The notes below the pieces were generated by a model. It worked only from the letters and a program-made list of their open reading frames with translations. It was not told the origin of the DNA and searched no databases. A stretch of DNA of 62,883 nt, filler included, from Craspedostauros australis (Eukaryota): assembly GCA_030167865.1 (NCBI GenBank). It is 19 parts of 19 records of this genome, joined end to end, with 100 filler letters (N's around TTAATTAATTAA, not from the genome) between each part and the next. Parts side by side here need not be neighbours in the genome. Positions count along the whole stretch, not along the records: positions 32,264 to 35,841 come from JALAGF010001312.1; positions 35,942 to 41,181 come from JALAGF010001313.1; positions 41,282 to 52,494 come from JALAGF010001314.1; 16 more parts are not named here. One strand, written 5' to 3'. Positions 34,788 through 45,139 of this stretch are shown in pieces. The translations under genes and the position numbers were made by a program. Position 1 is the stretch's first letter. Each line of letters begins with the position of its first letter.

Positions 34788-35941
34788 GATGGCGATGATG
34801 TCGATGGAGATGATCGCAGCCTTGTGTGTGTTACGATGAAGACTAACAACATGTGCAGAATTACATAGAATTGGCATGTGCCATACTCAGAGATTGGATG
34901 GCATCGGTGTTGCTGCTGCAAACTGGTTGGAGGTGAACATCATTTTAATTCGGGGGAGGGTGTGTCACAATTGGTTTTGGTTCAGTATTGGCCTGTACGT
35001 ACACACGCAGAACCCTGTGGGATCGTCTACTGAGTCTGTGATAACAATTTCAACAAAGACGGGGTAATTTTTGTCTCATGTTGTGGCAACAAATGTCAGT
35101 GACATGAAGTGCACTGTGGGAGCGATGAGCGATGATGGATGATGCGACAAATTCCTAAGTGTGACATTTACTAAGTGTGTAACACAAGAGAATTTGAAAT
35201 TGTTGGTTCGCCGATTTGGCGGAGACATTCGCCAAAATGTCACAGGAAACTCGGATACTAAAATGGTACCATGACACATGGTACATCGAATGGGTACGTC
35301 ACAAGGTCATTGTATCCGAAAACTACGTCATCAACGCAGAAGTCTGAAACCGGAAAGAACATCCAACGATAGAAATTGAATTGTAGGACATGCAAGCCGA
35401 CATGCAATGCGACATGCAAGGCAATGAAAATTACACCTCCCAATGAAAGCGCATAACACCCTGGGGATGCAGAACGTGCACGGTGACTTGCATGAAAATG
35501 GTCACTTTGGGCATGACCTTGCATTCAGTGGACACCACCGAGGTCCCACCGGCATTCGTGATGGATCCACAGAGTATCCGCGGCTCACAACCGACTAAAC
35601 AACGACACACATCAACAACAAACAAGAGCACCAGCAAAACTGACATGCTCAAGCGCGTTCTCACTTCGCGTGTTCTGGAACCAGCAACAGCAGCAGCAGA
35701 AACGGCAAATTGTGAACGAAATGCCACAGTGGACTTCCCTCAATCCATCAGGCAGGGATGGGCGATCTGCCATCCAGACAAAGCCACCTCACGAAAGAAG
35801 GATCCATCAGCACCTCCGGCAACCAAGGTACCGTCCATGTCNNNNNNNNNNNNNNNNNNNNNNNNNNNNNNNNNNNNNNNNNNNNTTAATTAATTAANNN
35901 NNNNNNNNNNNNNNNNNNNNNNNNNNNNNNNNNNNNNNNNN

Positions 35942-36166
35942 GTCAACAAACACAAAAAGATCGACTAGATAGTAGTAACAACAAGATAATGCTATTGCTT
36001 GCCTGGATAGCCCTGAGTCTTAAGTTTAGGTAGATGCAAAGAGATATTCGATTGAGTGTCTATAAGTTTAAGTCTGAGTTTGGGAAAAACGGGTCCAAAA
36101 TCTGTAGCCAATCATCGCCAAACATCGCCAAACATCGCCAAACATTTGGGTCCGGCTCTTTGAGGC
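35942..36166. mobile_element. Terminus of a multicopy transposon, copy 2
   Basis: Near-identical to 32264-32488 with a different flank. Confidence 0.8.
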
Positions 36167-36726
36167 ACTCGCTTTGTTGTGTTGCGTTGTGTTTGCGTTT
36201 GTTGGCTTCCGTTCGCACAAGGAATCTTTTCGAATGTTGTTACTAGCCTGCGCTATGGAAACTAGATGGGATTGGATGTCGTATTTTGTGCACCACCACA
36301 TCAACACCCAATAGTACAACGCTCCAGCAAGACATTATTCTTCACCCTCGCTCTCTCTTTCTCTCTCTCTTTCTTGCTCTCTTTTCTCTTTCTGTTTTCT
36401 AGTTTTACATTGTGGCCATGTTCATGCAGAGGTGCTCACATACCTACTACTGTGTACGAATTGTATCACCGCTCCAAGCGGCGTGCTCTGATCAGATCAA
36501 CCGAAGTCTGCAAACACTGCCCGCAACATCGACTTGCGAACAGAGGATGGATGATGGTCGTGCATTGTGTTGCATTGTACTGTGCTGTGTCATCTGCGAG
36601 TACTGTCCTCAGAGCGGGGCGAGTTCCTGTCGCTGTTACATCTTTCATCTTTGGTATTGCCTTCTTCAGCATCCATCTATCCATCCATCATCCACCATTC
36701 ATCCATCATTCTTCATCCATCACCGC

Positions 36727-38934
36727 CTAAGTGCAGTACGGCTTCGGACACGCGCTGCCGGACAGGATGGTGAAGTTCGCCGTCTCTGTGTGACACAGTT
36801 CGCCCCATTTGAGGTTGCGTGACAAGCTGGCGCATCTCTTGCAGGTCTCGAACGAGTTCATCTGCTGCGAGTTGCACACGTTGTCGCCCAGCGTGATGTC
36901 GGCGGAGAAGTAGTAGGCGTATCCGATGTACTTGCACGATTCCTGCGGGAGGCACGATTCGGCGCCGATGTGCACGTTGCCGCCGAACTTGTTGTAGGCG
37001 TTGGTAACGCCGGTGCTGGAGTTGTAGTAGTTGTAGTACGTGCTCATGTAGTAGCACGCTCTGGAGCCCTTGCAGGAACCCTTGCCGATGTAGACGTCAG
37101 CCCTGCGTTTGTTGTTCTCCGGTGGCTCGTTCGGCTTGTCGGGGATGACGATCTTGTACTTGTACGTTCCTGCGGCGATGGTGGCGCAGGACTTGAAGCC
37201 GGTGCAGGCGTTTGGCATAACAGTGTTGGAACCGATCGAGTTGATGCCAATGCTGTAGCAACTGCTCACGGCGTTGCAGGCGTAGGGCCCGATCGTGGAG
37301 ACCTGGCCTGGTCCTGATGAGTATCCGAAGGCGGAGCAACTCTTGTCGGCCGTGCATGTGTCCTGGAACACGACTGCCTGTTCCATCAGATTCGTGCAGG
37401 CGGATGCGCCGATGCAGCTGTCGGAGGAGATGGAGGCGATGCCGATCCACGAGCAGTCCATGGCGCCGCCGGGGCAGCAGCTTCTTCCGGAGCCGTCCTC
37501 CTGGCACCAGGCGATCGCATCGGCGCCTCTTCCAGTGAAGATCTCGCCAACGGCGGCGTCGGCAGCGGCGCTGAATTGTTCGAGGACGCCGGTCTTATCC
37601 TTCATGGCATTGAAGAGGTCGACGCCGGCCGCGGTTGTGGCCTGCTTCGCGAAGATATTGGCAAGGTCCTCCTTGCTCTGGATGGTGGACAACAACTTGG
37701 CACCGCTGTCGTCGCCTGGAGTTCCCAAGGTGCTGAAGAAAGCAGCTCTCAGTGGGTCGAGGTCGGTTGCGATGGGCTGCGTGGGCGACGCTGTTGAGTT
37801 GGTGCTCAGTGAGTCAGTGTCCGCCGCGGTTGGCATCACTGTGGGTCCGGATGTCGGCACCGACGTCGGAGGTGATACTGGCGCCTCAGACGGCGTGGAC
37901 GTGGGCCCAGGTGTTGGCATGGATGTTGGTCCAGATGTTGGCATGGATGTCGGTCTAGTCGTTGGCATAGAAGTTGGGAATGCCACCAGTCCGGGTGTGG
38001 GTGGAGATGTGGAGTCTGCCTCATTCTGCGATCCACCCTGCATCTCGGTGGGCATAGAGGTTGGTGCAGACGTTGGTTGGTTTGTTGGCCGTGAGGTTGG
38101 GTGCGAAGTCGGTGCGGAAGTTGGTTCCGATGTTGGGCTGCTGATTGGCGAAGCAGTCGGATGACTTGTGGGTGAAGATGTGGGCGAGCTTACTGGTGAC
38201 CCTGTTGGCCTGTCCGTTGGCTCAGCTGGTGGAGGAAAGATCGTGATATCCTCGATAGATGGCTTTGTTGGCATTGAAGTCGGTCTGGAAGTCGGCGACG
38301 AGGTCGGTGTCGAGATTGGCATCAAGGTTGGTCTGGTGGTTGGTGCCGAGGTTGGCGAGGCGGTGTCCCAGTTCTCACCGTCGTCGCCAACATCGTCGGG
38401 CTCATCGAAATCTTCGTTCTTGTCGGGCTCCTCCCAATCTTCTCCTCTCGAAGGGCCATCCAGGCCTTCGTCCGTCACGGGCACGTCGACGATACCGTCC
38501 CCACTGACCTCATCCACAGGAGCAGGCTCGAGACCATCGTTACCTTCGTTGGTGGTATCGTCCCCGGTTGCTGGAGACGGGGCGCTGATGTTGACCTTGG
38601 GAGCTTTGGTGGACTTGGGCGTCTTAGTGGACTTTGGAGACTTGGTGGACTTGGGCGATTTGGTGGCTAGGGAACGCGTTGGAATTCTGGCCTTTTTCTT
38701 CTTCTTGAACTTCTTAGTGCGGCGACTTCTCGTGCGCTCGTTCTCATCAGCCTTGTCCACCGTATTCTGCACCTCTTCCTTGCCGTAGGACGACCAAGCA
38801 AGCTCGCTGTTATCTGCGAGCATGTGCCTCTGTTCGGCTGGAACGTCGATGTTGGAGACGATTGCTTCCTCGTCCAGAGCAGCGGCCGTGGCGGCAATGT
38901 GCGCCAGAACGACTGAACTGAACCGGTACTTCAT
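36727..38934 (-). CDS. Secreted cell-wall/extracellular protein: signal peptide, KxxK repeats, acidic region, PTxx mucin-like repeats, Cys-rich C-terminus
   Basis: MKYRFSSVVLAHIAATAAA; RSL then TKSPKSTKSPKSTKTPKSTKAPK; many PTS(R/M/S)PT repeats; repeated SC.G..(A/S)C units. Confidence 0.88.
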   Translation of the reverse strand: MKYRFSSVVLAHIAATAAALDEEAIVSNIDVPAEQRHMLADNSELAWSSYGKEEVQNTVDKADENERTRSRRTKKFKKKKKARIPTRSLATKSPKSTKSPKSTKTPKSTKAPKVNISAPSPATGDDTTNEGNDGLEPAPVDEVSGDGIVDVPVTDEGLDGPSRGEDWEEPDKNEDFDEPDDVGDDGENWDTASPTSAPTTRPTLMPISTPTSSPTSRPTSMPTKPSIEDITIFPPPAEPTDRPTGSPVSSPTSSPTSHPTASPISSPTSEPTSAPTSHPTSRPTNQPTSAPTSMPTEMQGGSQNEADSTSPPTPGLVAFPTSMPTTRPTSMPTSGPTSMPTPGPTSTPSEAPVSPPTSVPTSGPTVMPTAADTDSLSTNSTASPTQPIATDLDPLRAAFFSTLGTPGDDSGAKLLSTIQSKEDLANIFAKQATTAAGVDLFNAMKDKTGVLEQFSAAADAAVGEIFTGRGADAIAWCQEDGSGRSCCPGGAMDCSWIGIASISSDSCIGASACTNLMEQAVVFQDTCTADKSCSAFGYSSGPGQVSTIGPYACNAVSSCYSIGINSIGSNTVMPNACTGFKSCATIAAGTYKYKIVIPDKPNEPPENNKRRADVYIGKGSCKGSRACYYMSTYYNYYNSSTGVTNAYNKFGGNVHIGAESCLPQESCKYIGYAYYFSADITLGDNVCNSQQMNSFETCKRCASLSRNLKWGELCHTETANFTILSGSACPKPYCT

Positions 38935-41281
38935 GATTTCTGTTCAAAGATTCTGCGTATGGGTATGGCATCATAGATGATTGGAAGGATCGATTGGTTG
39001 GTCGGTTGGTGTTTGATGTTTGATTTGTGCGGATTATTCATGCGGGGGGGGGGGTGATGAGAAGGTGGCGGAGGGGCGATCGTCAAGAGAGTAGAGTAAA
39101 TGAGTTTGCAATCGAAGATTGTTGGCATATTGTGAGTGTGTGGATGATTTCAGAAGAATGCAATCAAACCAGAAGCAGTCTCATTGACTCTACCGATCTG
39201 GGTTCATCAAGACCGATTCTCTGTGGCTGCATCCGCGGAATCACAGACGACGGTGGCCAAAGCAGCAATCTCTCACAGTTGTCTCGTTGCACAGAGAGTT
39301 GCTGTTCCCAGTGCCGCGAATGAAACAGTCGTCGGCATCCGTTCATGCCATCGGCATTGCAGTTGCCGCCGCCGCCATTGTCATCATAGGGATCGTTGAC
39401 TTACGTTCAGTGTGTGGATGTGATGAGCGTCGTGCTCGTTGCTGTTGGCCACTTGAGTGCTGTCGATGCAATGATGGACAGGATCGGACTTCTGTTTTCT
39501 ATGGCAATGCTGCGTCCTTGATTGGTGGCACGTCAGTTCCTTGCTTTCTTTCTTGCGTTCTTGTGCTGCGTTCTGTCTTTGAGTTGCGTCGTGGTGTGCT
39601 TCGTTTCCTCTGCGCTTTGGTGGATCGCAGTGGGTGGGTGTTGTGATTTGTGTGACCGTCTTTGTTGCAATGTGCGCGTTGTCGTACAGCTGGCGTGATG
39701 ATAGTGTTGTTGTTGCGATTTTGCTTTCTCTTCCGACAATTTTGTGATCGAGAAAATGATGCCAATCGTCATGCGTTGGGATTGGAGCGTTTTCCTACCA
39801 GACACAATTTTGGAACGTTTAGGCATATCGTGTCGTTGACGGTTATATGCGTTAACATGTCATCTTTCGAAAAGCGAAATTCGAGGCGTTGGCATCATTG
39901 TTGGCGCAACTCGGTTTTGGTTTCCGCCAAATGGGTCTTTTCGGCGGGACAAGGGTGTCCCGGGGAAGTCGCAGACAGGTGCTCCTGTCTTGTCTTGTTG
40001 GTCGTGGCTTGTGCTCACAAGAGTGTGATTACCCGGAATAGCCGTATGTCCTGGGACGTTAGGTACGCTATGATTCGGATGCGCCCAAGTTGATTGTGGT
40101 ATCCATGATCATGCTAGACGTTGTATTTAGTAGTACGGAAGTATAATAGGTACGTATAATACGTACTTGTAGCAAAGACAGAGTATCTTATCGTGGAGAT
40201 TCAATTCGAGTACTCCCGAGTTTGTCTCTTCTGGAGTCCGCATACTTTGGTCAAGAACGGAGGTGACAAGAGGTATCAGCCTTGACGATGTCCTGTTCCA
40301 ACCAGAATATCACCTGGGATTGGAGCTCTTTCGCGAGAGGATTGCGTTGAGCGCTTGCGATTGGAAGTCCAGAGCATCGTCGGCCCCACATCCTTCGCGA
40401 TGCGATGGCAGGGGAGGAATGAAATCGATCATCCCAAGAGACTCCATCCCCTGGGGTCCCAGTCGTGCTCTCTGCAACAATCAGGTGCGTTTGCGAAAGA
40501 TCACATGAAGCACTTCAACACTACTGGTACACGGCTGTACCTCCCCGTAATACATTGATGCGGAAGGCAACTTCGCCATCCTTCATTCGATCCAATCTCT
40601 TGTTCGTTTGCTTTCATGGGCTCTCCCTTTAGTCTTGATGCTGTCGATTGCATGGGGAGCGGAGCGAAACAAGAATGGATGAGGGGCAGCAGATCTGTGT
40701 GACGAAGTGTCACGAACAAATCCAAGTGCGATTGTTGTGATGTTATGCACGTCTCGGTCAAGTCACGAAATTCGAGGATGATCCCCAGGGGCCCGAAACT
40801 CTCACGATGGGCCTCCCTCCATGCGACGATGGGTTCTTGTGGTGGATGGATGTGGAGTACGACCTCCAGGTCGCAGTTGATGCACTCACGATAACACTAG
40901 TTGTGGAGTGTTTTTTGAGTTTTACTCGTGATGAGTCGTGATAAAGTAGACTAAANTAGAGCACACCNAAAACCATCCAAACAACTGCTTATGATGTTAT
41001 ATCTCAACAACGCACCATTTAAAATTAAAACTAGACAGTTCATTCGGACGCTTGGCTATCGTTTATTCTGAATATCTTAGTTAAATTTGTATGAACTTTA
41101 TTTTTAATGTCGTTTTGGCTTGCTGTCTGTCAGGTGGTGGGTGCAAAAAATTCTCGATGGCACCATGCTGCCCTACCTTCANNNNNNNNNNNNNNNNNNN
41201 NNNNNNNNNNNNNNNNNNNNNNNNNTTAATTAATTAANNNNNNNNNNNNNNNNNNNNNNNNNNNNNNNNNNNNNNNNNNNN

Positions 41282-41506
41282 GTCAACAAACACAAAAAGA
41301 TCGACTAGATAGTAGTAACAACAAGATAATGCTATTGCTTGCCTGGATAGCCCTGAGTCTTAAGTTTAGGTAGATGCAAAGAGATATTCGATTGAGTGTC
41401 TATAACTTTAAGTCTGAGTTTGGGAAAAACGGGTCCAAAATCTGTAGCCAATCATCGCCAATCATCGCCAAACATCGCCAAACATTTGGGTCCGGCTCTT
41501 TGAGGC
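41282..41506. mobile_element. Terminus of a multicopy transposon, copy 3
   Basis: About two substitutions relative to copy 2; different flank. Confidence 0.8.
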
Positions 41507-41783
41507 AATAGGGAACGAATCAAGACCATCTCGTCATGCTCGGAGAACTTAGCAAGCATTCATGGAGAGGGCATCATACTGCGAGTATCCTACTCGAACT
41601 TGTTGAATAGCAGGTATGGATACGAGTAGGGGTGGGTCTACGTGACGAAGAAGGAGAGAAGAGATGGGCTTTCGTATAGAACAACATCAAAGAGTCCACT
41701 GCTATTCATGCATTAGATACTGCTTCGTGTTCAACAAATACTATGCTGTGATACTGGAGTAACCTGCCGTGCTCTCCTCTGAT

Positions 41784-42989
41784 CTACCTTCCACCTGCGT
41801 TCATGAGAGTTTGGTTGATCTTGATCAAATGCGCACGGACCAAAAACTGCTTCTTGGCCAGCTTGCGGACCGCCTTGAGATGAGTCGTGCAATCCATCTG
41901 GCCCATGTACATGGCACGATCCAGGAAGTAGAGCGCATCCGTGAGCGCGGCATTTTCTGCAGAAAGCTCGAGCATCTGGGAGTACAGCTTGGTGGATGGC
42001 TTGCACAGGTCGTCAACATGGACCTTCTGCGCATGGCTGGATGTCTTGGCCTCCTCGAGCCATTCTTGGATCTCCTTGGTCTTGTCCTCCAGCACCTGCG
42101 ATTGCTCCTCCAGCTCGCTCTTGACCTTGCGGAAATACTCCAGCTCCTCCTGCACGGCCTCCTTGCTCTCCTCGAGGCGGAAATTGTCCCTCCAGTCGCT
42201 CTCCAGCTGAGCCTTGGTCTCCTGCGACATCTGGGCGAAGTGCTTGGCGAGCTTGTCGTTGAGCTTCTGCTTGAGCCGCCTGACCCTGCCCTCCTCCTCC
42301 GCCTTTTCTACCATCGCCCGCTTCTTCTTCTCTTCCTCGTCGTGGGCGGCCTGACGCGCAACTTCCGCAGCCCGGTTCGCCTCCTCCGCCTCCTTGGCCA
42401 GAATCGCCTGAATCTGCTCCTGGAGGAACCGGTCGGACTCGCTCGACGACTTGTCGCTCACGGGTGTGATATCTTCTGAGTACGATGGCGGCGGCTGCGC
42501 AGCGGCGGGCGGTGGGTTCGGCCGCTCGGGCTCCGGCGGTTTGCTGAACACCGGCGGATCGGCCGAAAACACGCTGCTCATCGCAATCACCATCTCGACG
42601 AGGTTGTGCGTACGGGCGCTCCATTCATGCAGGTAGGGCATGTACAGCATGCCGTCGTTGCCCACGTGCCTGTGGTTCGCCTTGAGGTACATGTGGGGCG
42701 CCAATCGCACGAACGTGACGGGAGGTCGTCGCGGGTAGCCGCTCGGCAGGTAGATGTCCACCAGCTGCTGATACGTCTGGCCTCGGTACGCCATCGCGAT
42801 GGTGCCCTGCAGCACGAGGCAGTTGGTCGTGTTGCCATTGTTCTCCACGAGCGGAGCGATGCCCGGCTTGAGATGGAGGCCAATCGGGGTCCTCAGCAGC
42901 ATCGAGGCATCGCGATCAACCCGCGACGGGTCTCTGTACAGCCCGCCCAGCCGGCTCATCACCGTCGCGACTCTGGGATCGTGGACCAT
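41784..42989 (-). CDS. TSG101: ESCRT-I subunit TSG101/Vps23
   Basis: UEV domain (LQGTI...YRG.TY...IYLP..YP..PP...HV..DG..Y.PYLHEW), Pro-rich linker, coiled coil, C-terminal steadiness box (AENAALTDALYFL...LKAVRKLAKKQF). Confidence 0.93.
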   Translation of the reverse strand: MVHDPRVATVMSRLGGLYRDPSRVDRDASMLLRTPIGLHLKPGIAPLVENNGNTTNCLVLQGTIAMAYRGQTYQQLVDIYLPSGYPRRPPVTFVRLAPHMYLKANHRHVGNDGMLYMPYLHEWSARTHNLVEMVIAMSSVFSADPPVFSKPPEPERPNPPPAAAQPPPSYSEDITPVSDKSSSESDRFLQEQIQAILAKEAEEANRAAEVARQAAHDEEEKKKRAMVEKAEEEGRVRRLKQKLNDKLAKHFAQMSQETKAQLESDWRDNFRLEESKEAVQEELEYFRKVKSELEEQSQVLEDKTKEIQEWLEEAKTSSHAQKVHVDDLCKPSTKLYSQMLELSAENAALTDALYFLDRAMYMGQMDCTTHLKAVRKLAKKQFLVRAHLIKINQTLMNAGGR

Positions 42990-43014
42990 CGTGACCTGCC
43001 CTTTCTTGCCTCCT

Positions 43015-43072
43015 AGCTATCGCTATTGTTGTTGCTATTGTTGCTGCTATTGTTGCTGCTATTGTTGCTGTG
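43015..43072. repeat. (GCTATTGTTGCT)n minisatellite in the TSG101 leader
   Basis: About 4 tandem 12-mers. Confidence 0.8.
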
Positions 43073-43643
43073 GTCGATACCGTTGATGCTGTTTGATGTG
43101 GAAGCTAATGCGGAATCCACGAGTATGAGCCTGCTGCGATGCAACAAGGAGATCAAATGGAGAAGGCAAGAATGATGAACCAGAAAGACCCTGGCTCGTG
43201 CGTCTCTGCAGCGCGGCGCAGCGCAGCGCAGCGAAGATGTTCGATTGTCCACGCTGCCTCTGTTTGTTCTGTTCGTTTCGTCTCCCTTGCCTTCGTTCTT
43301 GTTTCTGAGCTGGATCGTGCGGACCCCGATCGAACTGGTCGAGCACTTCCCACGATCGACCGCTTCGATTGAATGATACTCCGTTTCTCACAAATTCAAA
43401 TTTCAAAGTTCTTGGTCTTTGTCCTGGAGTCGTTGTGGCCGTGGTAGTTGTGGTGTGGTCGTTGTGGTGTGGTCGTTGTGGTGTGGTTGTTGTTCTTGTT
43501 TCTTCTTGCGCCACGACTATCGAGTATCGAGTATCGAGTATCGTGGTTGTGTTGATGGGTGGTGTCTTGTTCGGCGCTGCACACAATTTAATCGATAGCA
43601 AGAAACAGAGCAAGAAACAAACTCATCACAGCAAAGCATCAGC

Positions 43644-44432
43644 ATGAAGACGCAACAATCAATCGGCCTGGGTCTCTGGATGATGAGCCACTGGGTGGTG
43701 GCGGTATCGGCCGCACCGACGATCAGCGCAATGGCGAACTGCTCACTCTGCTCCGCGCAGGACATGCCCCAGGACATGACGGCGAAGATCGCACCGGGCA
43801 CGATGGGAGCTCTCACGTGCCAGGAAGCCTTCGACTTGGGACACTTCGAGCTGCCGCAGCAGAACTGCACGACGTTGCGAACGCTGGGTTCCTCCGTCTG
43901 CCAGTGCGGCGAGCCTGTGCCCGACGTCGTCCACGATTGCACGTTGTGCCAAGACGGAGGAGCGCTGCCGCAGCCCTACTTGGAGGCTCGTCCCGAGCGC
44001 ATCTGCGCGCTGGTCCAGGTGGATGCCAAGCGCGATGATCCGCAGCGGTGCTCTGCCTGGCAATCCACGTACGGCAACTATTGCGGGTGCGACAACAGCG
44101 TGGACGAATCGAGCATCTGTCGCATCTGCGGCGATGCCGAGATGGACTTCGACTACCTCGTGGTGGTCGATGGAGCCAACGGCGTCACTTGCGGGGATGT
44201 GGAGTTGGAGGCCAACGGCGCAGCCGATCCAAGCGAGACTGCGTGCCAAGCCTATCGAAACCAATACTCCAGCAAATGCTGCAAGGCAAAAGAGGAAGAC
44301 AAGGAGAATACCAACGCAGATGCGGATACCGAGGACAAAAGCAAGGCCCTGCAATCAATCTGGGATCCAACGAAGCTCACCGCAATCACCATCATGGCCT
44401 CCGCTGTTGTTTGCGTTTCATTCTTGGTGTAG
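43644..44432 (+). CDS. Cys-rich secreted or membrane-anchored protein with three CxxC...C...C repeats
   Basis: N-terminal signal; three ~55-aa repeats (CSLC, CTLC, CRIC; ends CQC, CGC, CCK); hydrophobic C-terminus. Confidence 0.8.
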   Translation: MKTQQSIGLGLWMMSHWVVAVSAAPTISAMANCSLCSAQDMPQDMTAKIAPGTMGALTCQEAFDLGHFELPQQNCTTLRTLGSSVCQCGEPVPDVVHDCTLCQDGGALPQPYLEARPERICALVQVDAKRDDPQRCSAWQSTYGNYCGCDNSVDESSICRICGDAEMDFDYLVVVDGANGVTCGDVELEANGAADPSETACQAYRNQYSSKCCKAKEEDKENTNADADTEDKSKALQSIWDPTKLTAITIMASAVVCVSFLV

Positions 44433-45139
44433 GCACGAGGAGAATACACAGAAGAATGAGAGAGAGAAATTGAGACAGATTGCGGAAGTGTACACATGTC
44501 TGTGCTTTCTGTGGTGAATGGATGTGAGGGCATTGCACCATAATGTAACTTTTAGAGTAAGAATATTGTGATAACGTTCGAACAGAGTACTATACCTTAT
44601 GTTCGAGTTGTTAGGGAGTACTGTCCGCGTCCTCGTTGTCATCGGCTTTCGTCAGCGTCATAGGCTCTACATTCAGTTGATAGAGTGTTGTGGATTCAAT
44701 AAGGCACACGATTGGAGGGGGCGTGATGGCCCTCGCTTCGTGTTGATCGTCCACCACCAAAAAACGAGAACAACTGCACAAAGGCGCCAGTTCCTGTGCA
44801 TCCACACACAGATCTTACCGTAGTCGTCGATGTCAACCTTTCACCCCACAAATCTTTCCACGTTCTCTCTGGAGTCGGAACTGCAGATCAAACGCTCGCT
44901 CATTCATTTACTCTACGCTGTCAGGAACAAAGCGTGTGCTTCATCTCAGCACAGCCAACTCAATCCAACTCTCTCTTTCCCTCCGACGAACGAAGGTCCG
45001 TGTCCGTGGAAAGTGCGGCATTGATCATCATTAGCAGCACCCACATCTGGGTCTACACCTGCATCATCCGCACCATCCGCATCACCGGCATCCAGACTCG
45101 AACAAGTAACAGCGTCCACCAACAGGCAACCAGCAAATC

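Noticed and set aside
33366..34868. 500-aa ORF antisense to the Crypton recombinase
   Set aside because: Shadow frame of a codon-biased gene; no motifs
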